From: an uncultured Gammaproteobacteria bacterium
GTDB taxonomy: Bacteria; Patescibacteriota; Microgenomatia; PFEM01; JAPLYW01
DNA: 64,000 nucleotides
Reading direction: 5' to 3'
NCBI GenBank assembly: GCA_965230945.1
Contig: OZ246397.1
Coordinates: 239,701 to 303,700, forward strand
Made by a program: the position numbers and the translations under genes
Shown here: piece by piece, positions 9,455-18,025 of the stretch
Numbering within the stretch: the stretch's first letter is position 1
Layout of the letters: every line of letters starts with the position of its first letter
The notes under the pieces: generated by a model
Told to the model about the DNA's origin: nothing
Seen by the model: only the letters and a program-made list of their open reading frames with translations
Databases searched by the model: none

Positions 9455-9657
9455 TTCTTTATTCTTTTCTTTCTAACGAGGCTTTGGGAGAGAGGAAGCT
9501 GTTTGGTGCCCGAAAAGCTGTAAATGACTTGACCAGTTTCTGGCTTAACCTCCACCTCAACTTCTCCACCCGATTTAATTCCCAAAGATTGGGCAAACCG
9601 AGAAGGAACGGTTACTGCCAAGCTATTACCAGTCTTAATAATTTTTTGTTTACCCAT
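9451..9657 (-). CDS. AbrB/MazE/SpoVT-family DNA-binding protein
   Basis: KIIKTGNSLAVTVP..FA..LGIK.G..V. Confidence 0.8.
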   Translation of the reverse strand: MGKQKIIKTGNSLAVTVPSRFAQSLGIKSGGEVEVEVKPETGQVIYSFSGTKQLPLSQSLVRKKRIKK

Positions 9658-9665
9658 TTTAAAAG

Positions 9666-10241
9666 CTACTCAGATAAATCTTCTTCGTCCCCAATTAACA
9701 TTACTTTTGAGGCTGATAAAATACCCAATAAAAATGGATCACGTCTTTTTTTGCGAAAAACAAATTCCTCTTTTTTCATGACGCTGTAATTAACTTCCCG
9801 GCCTAATTTACTTTCGGTTTCTCTTACAATTTTAGATAGCTTTTGTATATCGACATCACCTACCACTAATAAATCAACCCCCTTTTCTTTTGTCGGCAAA
9901 CCCCTGGCCATTCTTCCCGAAAGCATGGCAAAACGAATATTGCCAAGTTTAACCTTCCTTTTTACGATCTCACCGCCCAAACCAGCCGTTTTAGAAACTA
10001 AAGAAAGTAAATCTTGATACAAAGGATAGTCTTTATTAAACCAATAATAAATTCTATTACCCCGATTTTCTTTTTTAACCATGCCTCTCTTCTCCATCCG
10101 CTGTAATTCTCTTCTGACGGCATTAATCTCCTCACTAATCAAACGCACTAACTGACGAATATAAAACATTTCTTTTGGTTGAGAAAGAAGAGTTTGGAGC
10201 AGTTTAGCTCGAACTTTGGATACCATCAGGTCTTGGAGCAT
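9666..10241 (-). CDS. Winged-HTH regulator fused to a degenerate minimal nucleotidyltransferase domain
   Basis: N-terminal wHTH (FYIRQLVR..INAVRREL); C-terminal LSGRMARG...GVDLLVVG and REVNY. Confidence 0.7.
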   Translation of the reverse strand: MLQDLMVSKVRAKLLQTLLSQPKEMFYIRQLVRLISEEINAVRRELQRMEKRGMVKKENRGNRIYYWFNKDYPLYQDLLSLVSKTAGLGGEIVKRKVKLGNIRFAMLSGRMARGLPTKEKGVDLLVVGDVDIQKLSKIVRETESKLGREVNYSVMKKEEFVFRKKRRDPFLLGILSASKVMLIGDEEDLSE

Positions 10242-10253
10242 AATTCCTTAGTT

Positions 10254-11417
10254 TTAATAACTAATTTCGTTCCCGGCAGGAATAATTTCAATCCAGATAG
10301 GCCCGCGATTTAAGACAAGTTCCTTGCCTTTCTTATCAGTAAAGATGGTTCTCGATTGACGATCATCCTTCTCCCAGCTACCGACAATGGCCTCCCCATC
10401 TTGAAAAACAATCGCCTTTCCTGTCCCAATCGTTTTGTAAAGAAGATGTTTTAGTTCATTAATCGGTCCTGTTTCTCTCGTGGACTGAATAATGACTGTT
10501 TTGGCTTTAATTTGAGAATCATCGTTGTTATCCTTGTGAGACTGGCCATCATTAAAGCGTAGATATTGGTTGTTTTCTTTATCATATTCCCACTTAACTG
10601 CATAATCTTTACTATTTCCCCAAAATTCAAAGCCAATTTTGTTTACCCCACCTCTTTCTTCAGTCGCTTTATCGTCTTTGAATTTCCAAGAAACAAAATC
10701 TTCATCCCAACGGTTACCATCTTCATCGACATTGGTAAGCTCTCTTTTTTGAGCCACTTGCCAAAGTTTTTCCGTAGTGGAATACATCGTATGTTCCGTC
10801 GCTACTGGATGACCTATTCTTTCGTAGTCTCTCCAAAAGACAGGAAAACCCAAGGAGAATTGGTTCATGTCATTTCCCTTAGCCAACCATCCATAATCAC
10901 CAATTTGGCCTAAGGCATTAGTCTTACCTGGTTTATTAGCTCCACCGACATGAGCGTAAAGAGGATAGTCACCATATTCTGAGGCAAAATCAAGAAAGTA
11001 AGTTCGGGCGGAACGTACCGGCCCTAAGATTACTTCTTGAGCTACAGCACCACAATAATAAACGGCCAAGAAACGAGTAATGCCACCCTCGGCCACTGCC
11101 TCATAAACAACATCAGCCTTAGATAATCCAGATTGAGGACGAGATTCGGCATGATTTTCGAGCATCACCGTCAATGGACGGCGTTTCTCCCAAATCCTTT
11201 GTTCTCCCTTGGTAAACATACCGCCATTTAAAGGACAAGCTTCAGTTTTAGGAGCATTAAGATCAATAGCAAAACCAGTTTTACCATCCTGTAAAGGAGA
11301 AATTAAACTTTGTGATGGTCCGCCTAAATAACGAAAGAGAGCATAAGAAATACCGCTGGAAGCTAAATACAATAGTATCCCGCTAATAATTAAAACTAAT
11401 TTTTTGTTTTTCATCAT
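10254..11417 (-). CDS. DUF3048 (YerB-like) membrane-anchored extracytoplasmic protein
   Basis: RPLTVMLENH..SRPQSGL..AD.VYE..AEGGITR, GPVRSAR. Confidence 0.85.
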   Translation of the reverse strand: MMKNKKLVLIISGILLYLASSGISYALFRYLGGPSQSLISPLQDGKTGFAIDLNAPKTEACPLNGGMFTKGEQRIWEKRRPLTVMLENHAESRPQSGLSKADVVYEAVAEGGITRFLAVYYCGAVAQEVILGPVRSARTYFLDFASEYGDYPLYAHVGGANKPGKTNALGQIGDYGWLAKGNDMNQFSLGFPVFWRDYERIGHPVATEHTMYSTTEKLWQVAQKRELTNVDEDGNRWDEDFVSWKFKDDKATEERGGVNKIGFEFWGNSKDYAVKWEYDKENNQYLRFNDGQSHKDNNDDSQIKAKTVIIQSTRETGPINELKHLLYKTIGTGKAIVFQDGEAIVGSWEKDDRQSRTIFTDKKGKELVLNRGPIWIEIIPAGNEISY

Positions 11418-11884
11418 TTAATTCTTTTTGCGCTTTTAACAGCTCTTTTTTCTTCTGCTGACAGTTCGTAGCTACTTTGCTTACCCTTCTTAATCGGTTT
11501 GGCATAAATTCTAGTTATTTCCCGACTATGTAAACTGGTAATGACAAAACCACTGTTTTCACCATCAAGCAAAGCTAAAGAGAAGCTTTGATTACCACCA
11601 GTTTCAGAAAAAGGATTAAAACGAGCCAAGCCTACTTTTTGTATATTATAAAGATTGTCTTTTTGAAGCTCATCAATCTTCTTAACCAAATCATCAATCT
11701 TTATTGCTTCTCTTTCAGAATTCTTTAAAAGTTCTTCTAAAACCGACCTTAAGTCCTTCTTAGTAATACCCTTGGTGAGCTTTCGGTAATGATTATAAAG
11801 ATTATAAAAGATCACCGACAAAAATACCAGCCAAAAAAAAATAATACCTAGTAAAATTGCCATCAATTGATCAAAAGTAAACAT
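11414..11884 (-). CDS. DUF4446 family protein
   Basis: N-terminal TM and coiled coil; RFNPF...GGNQSFSLALLD; YAKPI..G.S.Y.LS.EE. Confidence 0.85.
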   Translation of the reverse strand: MFTFDQLMAILLGIIFFWLVFLSVIFYNLYNHYRKLTKGITKKDLRSVLEELLKNSEREAIKIDDLVKKIDELQKDNLYNIQKVGLARFNPFSETGGNQSFSLALLDGENSGFVITSLHSREITRIYAKPIKKGKQSSYELSAEEKRAVKSAKRIK

Positions 11885-11890
11885 AACTTG

Positions 11891-11919
11891 ATTTTAGAAA
11901 GCTTTCATGCTATTGTCAA
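11891..11919 (-). promoter_or_regulatory. Sigma70 promoter for the DUF4446-to-secDF operon (leaderless)
   Basis: TTGACA-17 nt-TAAAAT-6 nt-ATG(11884). Confidence 0.75.
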
Positions 11920-11926
11920 TTAGAAA

Positions 11927-12214
11927 ATGGGCAAAAACCGCAAGACCCGCAAAGAAAAAATCATCCTCCAGCTCAAACGACAGCTTCACCAACAAGCCCA
12001 AATTGTTTCTGAACCCAAAAAAAATAAAATAAGTCAAGAGGCAATCCCAGTTCAAGCTCAAACTGAACCTATTCAGGTTCAAGAAGAAAAAAAGGGTGAT
12101 GATACGGCCTTTTCAGGTGACTTGAAGCTTATTAGAAAAGATCTACTCAAAACATTAATTTTAACCTTTATCATTGTTAGCTTCGAATTAGTGTTATACT
12201 TATACCTGAAATAA
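11927..12214 (+). CDS. Hypothetical protein with basic N-terminus and C-terminal TM helix
   Basis: ORF fills the intergenic gap; C-terminal IRKDLLKTLIL-TM pattern. Confidence 0.6.
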   Translation: MGKNRKTRKEKIILQLKRQLHQQAQIVSEPKKNKISQEAIPVQAQTEPIQVQEEKKGDDTAFSGDLKLIRKDLLKTLILTFIIVSFELVLYLYLK

Positions 12215-12254
12215 TCTTTCCTGTCCGAGAAAAGAGAGGAGGTGAAAGAGAACA

Positions 12255-12398
12255 ATGGCATTAGATTTTTATTGTGTAAAGTGTCGTACCAAAAGAAACG
12301 GTAAAGATGTCGAAAACGTCACCTTAAAAAACGGTAAGCCAGCACGAAAGGCTACCTGTGAAGTTTGCGGCACCAAGATGTTTAGAATTGGTGGTTAG
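12255..12398 (+). CDS. 47-aa DUF5679-like zinc-ribbon protein (not in the ORF track)
   Basis: MALDFYCVKCRTKRNGKDVENVTLKNGKPARKATCEVCGTKMFRIGG; strong GGAGGTG SD; downstream terminator. Confidence 0.85.
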   Translation: MALDFYCVKCRTKRNGKDVENVTLKNGKPARKATCEVCGTKMFRIGG

Positions 12399-12419
12399 AT
12401 CAACTTAGGATTTAAATCC

Positions 12420-12466
12420 AACAAAAACCCGCTTACTCCTTAAAGTGTAAGGTTGGGTTTTTGTTT
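12420..12466. terminator. Bidirectional intrinsic terminator
   Basis: AACAAAAACCC...GGGTTTTTGTT inverted repeat between convergent genes. Confidence 0.7.
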
Positions 12467-12474
12467 GAATGAAG

Positions 12475-13254
12475 TTAACTAAAAATCAAAAGCCCTATTC
12501 CTAAAAGAAGACAATAAACTCCAAATACCCAAAGTTTAGAACTTACCAAAAACCTCTTCAAAATCTTTAAAGCAAAATAACCAATCGTCCCAGCTATAAC
12601 CATCCCCCATAAAGCCTGACTAATTAAATCACCAGAAGATGATAGTAAATCAGGAATCTGCAAAATTAAGGCTCCTAAAATAGCCGGAATAGCTAAAAAG
12701 AAAGAAAGTTGAAAAGCTACATCCCTATTTAATCTTCTAAACAAACCGGCACTAATGGTCGCTCCGGAACGAGAAACTCCAGGTAGTATCGCTAAAGCCT
12801 GAAACAAACCTACAAAGAAAACATCTTTCCACTTAAGAGAACTAATCCTCTGATTTTTAAGTTTGTCCTTAAAAAGGATTGTTAAAAAAAGCAAAAGACT
12901 GGTAATAAGCAGTGAGATGCCTACTACCTTAAAAGAGTCAAAAAGAAGATTAATCTTTTTCTCCAAAAGCAAACCTACTATTGCCGCCGGGATGGTGCCG
13001 ATAATAATCAAGAGAAAAACATACCAAGATTCTTTTTCTTTTTTAAAGATTCCCCTAACTAATTTTATTAAAGCTTTTCTAAAATAAAAAAGAACTGCCC
13101 CCAAAGTACCCACATGAACAAAAACATCAAATAAAACCGGGGGTTTTAGAGCAAAAAGTTTTTGAAAAATAACTAAGTGACCAGAAGACGAAATAGGCAA
13201 AAACTCGGTTAAGCCCTGAATAATTGATAGAAAAAAGGTCTGCCACCAAAACAT
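12475..13254 (-). CDS. uppP: Undecaprenyl-diphosphate phosphatase
   Basis: QGLTEFLPISSSGHL and PGVSRSGAT; true start at ATG 13254 because the longer ORF overlaps rnpB. Confidence 0.9.
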   Translation of the reverse strand: MFWWQTFFLSIIQGLTEFLPISSSGHLVIFQKLFALKPPVLFDVFVHVGTLGAVLFYFRKALIKLVRGIFKKEKESWYVFLLIIIGTIPAAIVGLLLEKKINLLFDSFKVVGISLLITSLLLFLTILFKDKLKNQRISSLKWKDVFFVGLFQALAILPGVSRSGATISAGLFRRLNRDVAFQLSFFLAIPAILGALILQIPDLLSSSGDLISQALWGMVIAGTIGYFALKILKRFLVSSKLWVFGVYCLLLGIGLLIFS

Positions 13255-13307
13255 TATCTTTATTGTAAGCTCAGGCTCACCTATAAGCAACCTAAACTTA
13301 AGAAAAC

Positions 13308-13337
13308 TTGAAAAATGATGGCTTTCTTTGTTATAAT
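13308..13337 (+). promoter_or_regulatory. rnpB promoter
   Basis: TTGAAA-18 nt-TATAAT with extended TGn, 7 nt before P1. Confidence 0.7.
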
Positions 13338-13344
13338 ATTGTTG

Positions 13345-13643
13345 CCTAGGAAGTCGAGCAGTCGCCCACCTTACGGTGGGAGGAAAGTCCAGACAGCTGA
13401 AGACAGGGTGGCTTCGGGCAACCGAAGCACTGTAAACTCCTGGTAGTTTACGGCTAGACAGGGCCACAGAGACTACAACTCATCTTTAAACCGAAAGGTT
13501 TAGAGGCAGAGAGTGAAAAGAGGTAACCCTCCCTGCTGCAACCTCCGATTGGCGCGTTTGTAGGATGTCTTCCCAAGCGCCGAAGCTTGAGGGCAAAGAC
13601 AGATGACTGTTTAAAACAGAATCTGGCTTACGGGCTTCCTAGG
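13345..13643 (+). ncRNA. rnpB: RNase P RNA, compact (about 299 nt)
   Basis: GAGGAAAGTCC and ACAGAATCTGGCTTA conserved regions with P4 pairing; P1 CCTAGGAAGTC/GGCTTCCTAGG; AGATGACTG segment; followed by a U-tract. Confidence 0.95.
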
Positions 13644-13660
13644 TTTTTTTAATGAAGAAA

Positions 13661-14659
13661 TCAAAGACGTTTAAATCGCTCGGAAGTAGAAACCTCAGAA
13701 AGAATAATTTCAATTAAAAGGACAACCGGGATGGCTAAAATCGCTCCCACTATTCCAGCCAGTCTAAAACCAGCTATCAGAGCCAAAATGGTAATCAAAG
13801 GATTAATCCCCACCTCTTTAGCCATTATCTGAGGAACAATAAATTGGTTCTCAAATTGTTGAATTAAAAAGTACAAGGCAACCACAGCCAAGGCTGTCCA
13901 AGGAGAAATGATCAACCCGACTAAAACGGCGGGAACAGCCGAGATAAAAGGACCGATATTAGGAATAATCTCCAGCAATCCAGCAAAAATAGCCAAAGGC
14001 AAAGCATATTCAACACCTAAAAGACGAAGACCAATATAAGAAAGCAAGCCGACAATAAGCATCAAAAGCAGTTCTGCTCTTACCCAGCCACCTAACTTTG
14101 TTTCAATCTTTCCTACAATTCTGGCTCCAACTCTTTCTCTAGAACCTAAAAACCTTACCAAAAACTTATCTAAATTCTTTCTTTGTAAAAGCAAGTAAAA
14201 GCTAATAACAATAAAAATAATGAAATTTAAAATATTTTGAAAGATGCCTGCAAGAACCTTTATTATGCCACCAGACAAAAGCCCAAACTTATCAACTAAT
14301 TGATTAATCTGACTATCAACTACTTTCTCATTAATACCCAACCACCTAAAAGAAGCGAAATCAGAAGGTAACCGAGAAATTAAAGTTTGCGTTTGTTCTA
14401 CCAAAGGAGGAATAATGCCGGCAATAATCAAACCAATTAGTCCAAAGAGAATAATATAAATCAAAAAGATGGCTAAAGCTCGCGGAAAATGCCATCTTTC
14501 TAGTCTATCTACTAAAGGATTCAGAGCCGCCATCAAAATAATACCAAAAAACAAAAGCGTTAAAGGACCTCTTAAATAGTAAATCAACCATAAAAAAAGA
14601 AGGAAGAAAACAGTAAAGATAATGGTGCGGTGAGAGATTTCAATTTTTCTGGGCATCAT
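13661..14659 (-). CDS. AI-2E family transporter
   Basis: Multi-TM; IPNIGP and IQQFENQFIVPQIM motifs. Confidence 0.9.
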   Translation of the reverse strand: MMPRKIEISHRTIIFTVFFLLFLWLIYYLRGPLTLLFFGIILMAALNPLVDRLERWHFPRALAIFLIYIILFGLIGLIIAGIIPPLVEQTQTLISRLPSDFASFRWLGINEKVVDSQINQLVDKFGLLSGGIIKVLAGIFQNILNFIIFIVISFYLLLQRKNLDKFLVRFLGSRERVGARIVGKIETKLGGWVRAELLLMLIVGLLSYIGLRLLGVEYALPLAIFAGLLEIIPNIGPFISAVPAVLVGLIISPWTALAVVALYFLIQQFENQFIVPQIMAKEVGINPLITILALIAGFRLAGIVGAILAIPVVLLIEIILSEVSTSERFKRL

Positions 14660-15588
14660 CTTTCAGTATACCAAACTAAAACAGCCCTTTCTACTTTATC
14701 TTGCCATTCCTTGCCCGAAATGTCAAACCATCTAATCTGCTTGTCTTTTCTAAACCAGGTTCGCTGACGACGCACATAGCCATGTTCGCTATTTTTCCAA
14801 TCCTCTATAACTTCCTCTCTAGACTTCCTACCTTCAAAAAAAGACTGCCATTCTTTATAACCAATGGTGCTTCCCAAGACAGAATTTTTAAAATGGTAAC
14901 CTTTTTTCACTAAAACCTTTATTTCTTTCTCTACTCCCTCCTTAACTCTCTCCTCAACTCGCTGATCAACAAAATTATAAAGCTTGCTTAAAGAGGTCTT
15001 TAAGCCAATTTTTAAAACATCTGCTTTTAATCCCTCTCGCCCCAAACTTTCTTTCCTGTCTAAAGCAATCTCTATGGCTCTAATTAGACGCCGCGGATTC
15101 TGACGATCAGATTTATTCATTTCTTGCCATCTTTGAGAATTTAATTTCCTTAATCTCTTTTGAAGTTCAGACAGACTCAAAGAGCCTAGTTTTTCTCTAA
15201 GTTCCCAATCAGGTGAAATACCCAAACTATCAAGACCTTCAAGTAAGGCCTGAATATAAAAACCTGTTCCCCCAGCTAAAATAGGTAACTTTCCCCTTTG
15301 CCAAATAATCTTAATAATTTTCTTAGCCGCTATTAAATAATCAGCAACGCTAAATTGATAGTCAAGATCGACCAAATCATATAGCCAGATTTTAACCCCA
15401 TCTATTAAATAAAAACCATTCTGTAATTTAGCACCCTTAACATCTTTACCAGTACCAATATCCATTCCTATATAAACCTGCCTAGAATCAGCCGAAATAA
15501 CTTCACCATCAAACTTTTTAGCTAAATAAATAGCCAATTTTGTTTTACCAGTCGTTGTTGGCCCGCAAACAACAAGCAATTTCTTCAT
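14656..15588 (-). CDS. miaA: tRNA (adenosine(37)-N6)-dimethylallyltransferase
   Basis: GPTTTGKT, SADSRQVY, GGTGFY, RRQRTWF. Confidence 0.95.
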   Translation of the reverse strand: MKKLLVVCGPTTTGKTKLAIYLAKKFDGEVISADSRQVYIGMDIGTGKDVKGAKLQNGFYLIDGVKIWLYDLVDLDYQFSVADYLIAAKKIIKIIWQRGKLPILAGGTGFYIQALLEGLDSLGISPDWELREKLGSLSLSELQKRLRKLNSQRWQEMNKSDRQNPRRLIRAIEIALDRKESLGREGLKADVLKIGLKTSLSKLYNFVDQRVEERVKEGVEKEIKVLVKKGYHFKNSVLGSTIGYKEWQSFFEGRKSREEVIEDWKNSEHGYVRRQRTWFRKDKQIRWFDISGKEWQDKVERAVLVWYTER

Positions 15589-15650
15589 TGCCCAAATTAT
15601 AACGTGTTGCCATATCCTTTAAAACATGCTAAAAACAATTAAGGATTATT

Positions 15651-16223
15651 ATGAATAATACTCTTCAAAATCTAACCAAAGCCTTTATTGGTGAAAGTCA
15701 AGCTCGTAATCGTTATGCTTTCTATTCTAAGATTGCCTACAAAGAAGGGTATGACCAAATCTCTGAAATCTTTCTCATTACTGCCGATAATGAAAGAGAG
15801 CATGCTAAATGGCTTTTTAGACTAATCAACGAAATTAAAAAGGATAAAAAAGCTATTCAAGTTGAAGCCGAAACTCCAACTACTTTAGGAAAAACCCAAG
15901 ATAATCTTAAGGCTGCTATTGCCGGTGAAAACTACGAGCATACCCAAATGTATCCTAAATTTGCCAAAATTGCTGACGAAGAAAAACTTCCTAAAGTTGC
16001 CCAAAGACTTAGAGCTATTGCTACAGCTGAAAAACACCATGAAGAGCGTTATAAAAAGATTCTTAAAGCCCTGCAAGACAAAAGTATTTTTAAGAAAAAC
16101 AAACAAGTCTGGTGGGTTTGCCGTAAATGTGGTTACATAAGTTTTGGCAAACAACCTCCCCTAAAATGCCCCTCCTGTAATCATGAAAAAAACTTTTTTC
16201 AGTTAAAATGTGAAGAATATTAA
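15651..16223 (+). CDS. rbr: Rubrerythrin
   Basis: [20 protein letters not shown] and C-terminal CRKCG..CPSC. Confidence 0.92.
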   Translation: MNNTLQNLTKAFIGESQARNRYAFYSKIAYKEGYDQISEIFLITADNEREHAKWLFRLINEIKKDKKAIQVEAETPTTLGKTQDNLKAAIAGENYEHTQMYPKFAKIADEEKLPKVAQRLRAIATAEKHHEERYKKILKALQDKSIFKKNKQVWWVCRKCGYISFGKQPPLKCPSCNHEKNFFQLKCEEY

Positions 16224-16241
16224 TAAAGAAAGGAGGTAAAT

Positions 16242-16532
16242 ATGGCTGAATTAAATAAATCATATAAATGTAATATTTGTGGCAATGTTGTTAATGTTAT
16301 GAAAGCTGGCATTGGTGAACTGGTTTGTTGTGGTCAACCCATGGCCATCGTAGAAGAACAGGCTCAAGCAACTCAAGAAGCAAGGCCTGAAATGCCGGGA
16401 GCAGCAGCAGAAACATCTGAAGCTACCCCAGTGGAAACTCCTACTGAGCAAGCTTCATCTGAACCAGCAGCTGAATCTACAACCGAAGATAAACCGGAAG
16501 AACAGTCTGGAGAAAACAACCCAAATATATAA
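16242..16532 (+). CDS. Desulforedoxin (FeS4) domain protein with long acidic low-complexity tail
   Basis: YKCNICGN...LVCCGQPM; AGGAGGT SD. Confidence 0.8.
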   Translation: MAELNKSYKCNICGNVVNVMKAGIGELVCCGQPMAIVEEQAQATQEARPEMPGAAAETSEATPVETPTEQASSEPAAESTTEDKPEEQSGENNPNI

Positions 16533-16539
16533 AAATTAA

Positions 16540-17964
16540 TTAATTTCTTTTTCTCTTGCTTGTTTTTGGAGAACAGCCTTTGCCAATCCAACAAAAAAGA
16601 CAAAGTCTGTTTTTGGGTAGGCCGATGGCTTTAATCATATCACTAACCGTTTGATATCTAAGTGAAGTCACCCCTAATTCTTTACGAATAGCTTCAACCA
16701 TTTTTCTGTAATGAGGAGATTTATCATTAATAAAATTATTAATATCAAAAGGTTTTTTACCTGTCAATTTCTTGATAATCCTTCTAGCGGCTAATTCCCT
16801 TTTAGTTCTTACGGATAAAAGATAAGGGCAAGGAAACATTAAGGGTGGACAGGCAATACGAACATGAATTTCTTTGGCTTTGTTCTTCCAAAGTTTTTCA
16901 ATGGCCTGATTTTTCAGTTGAGTCCCACGAACAATAGAGTCATCACAAACAACAATTCTTTTCCCCTCAATAACACTTCTAATCGGGATCAGTTTTAATT
17001 TGGCAACTCTATTTCTTACTTCTTGAGAAGGTGGTGTATAACTGCGGCCGTATCCATCAGTATATTTTACCAAAGGCCTGCTATAGGGGATTTTAGCGGC
17101 TTTCGCATAACCTAAAGCATGAGCAATGCCTGAATCAGGTATCCCAGTCACTAAATCAACTTTAATCTTATCTCCCTTAGCCAAATTAATCCCACAACGC
17201 TCTCTAACCGTCTCAACATTAATTCCTTCATAAGATGAAGCTGGATAGCCAGTGTAAATCCAGAAAAAGGAACAAATTTTATTTTCCTGACCGACTATCT
17301 TTTTTCTCTTTAGGCCATCTTTAGTTAACAGAACTATTTCTCCGGGCTGCAGCTCTTTAACAGGTCTAAGGCCTAAATTGGGAAAAGCACAAGTTTCTGA
17401 AGTTACCGCCAAAACTCCATCATTCCTGCCAACTACCAAAGTCGTTTTACCACTCTTATCACGGGCAGCATAGATTCCCTCCTTGGACAAAATCAGTAAA
17501 GAAATAGAACCTTTAATCTGTCTAAATATATCTTCAATACCAGAAACAATATTATTTTCCCCGGCAATCAGCTTACCAATTATTTCTGTACTATTAATTT
17601 CACCACTACTCATTTCAGAAAAACTACCACCATGATTCATAAACTCTTTGGCTAATTTATTTCTATTCCTTAAAAGACCAGCTGTTACCAAAGCGAAATT
17701 ACCAAAAGAACAAGAAATAATGACCGGCTGCGGATCAAAATCACTAATAACACCAATTCCCTTTTTACCTTTTAAATGAGGCAATTCATCAATAAACTTT
17801 GATTTAAACTGAGAAGTAGAAATATCGTGAATACAGCGGGAAATTCTTCGATTAAAGACAGCCAAACCGGCTTTCTTAGTTCCTAAATGAGAGTGATAAT
17901 CCGTACCATAAAAAAGGGTCTGACGGCAGTCTTTCTTAGAAATAACTCCAAAAACGCCACTCAT
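16540..17964 (-). CDS. purF: Amidophosphoribosyltransferase-like protein with Ser in place of the N-terminal catalytic Cys
   Basis: Ntn domain plus PRT domain (VVCDDSIVRGT), PDSG and Fe-S cysteines; begins MSGVFG. Confidence 0.85.
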   Translation of the reverse strand: MSGVFGVISKKDCRQTLFYGTDYHSHLGTKKAGLAVFNRRISRCIHDISTSQFKSKFIDELPHLKGKKGIGVISDFDPQPVIISCSFGNFALVTAGLLRNRNKLAKEFMNHGGSFSEMSSGEINSTEIIGKLIAGENNIVSGIEDIFRQIKGSISLLILSKEGIYAARDKSGKTTLVVGRNDGVLAVTSETCAFPNLGLRPVKELQPGEIVLLTKDGLKRKKIVGQENKICSFFWIYTGYPASSYEGINVETVRERCGINLAKGDKIKVDLVTGIPDSGIAHALGYAKAAKIPYSRPLVKYTDGYGRSYTPPSQEVRNRVAKLKLIPIRSVIEGKRIVVCDDSIVRGTQLKNQAIEKLWKNKAKEIHVRIACPPLMFPCPYLLSVRTKRELAARRIIKKLTGKKPFDINNFINDKSPHYRKMVEAIRKELGVTSLRYQTVSDMIKAIGLPKNRLCLFCWIGKGCSPKTSKRKRN

Positions 17965-18025
17965 AATCTTAGGTCCTAAATTGTAACAATAAATTTAATA
18001 ATATAAAACCCTTAAATAAGTCTGT

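Noticed and set aside
13255-13467. N-terminal extension of the uppP ORF in the track
   Set aside because: It is the antisense of rnpB and its promoter; UppP homology starts at ATG 13254.
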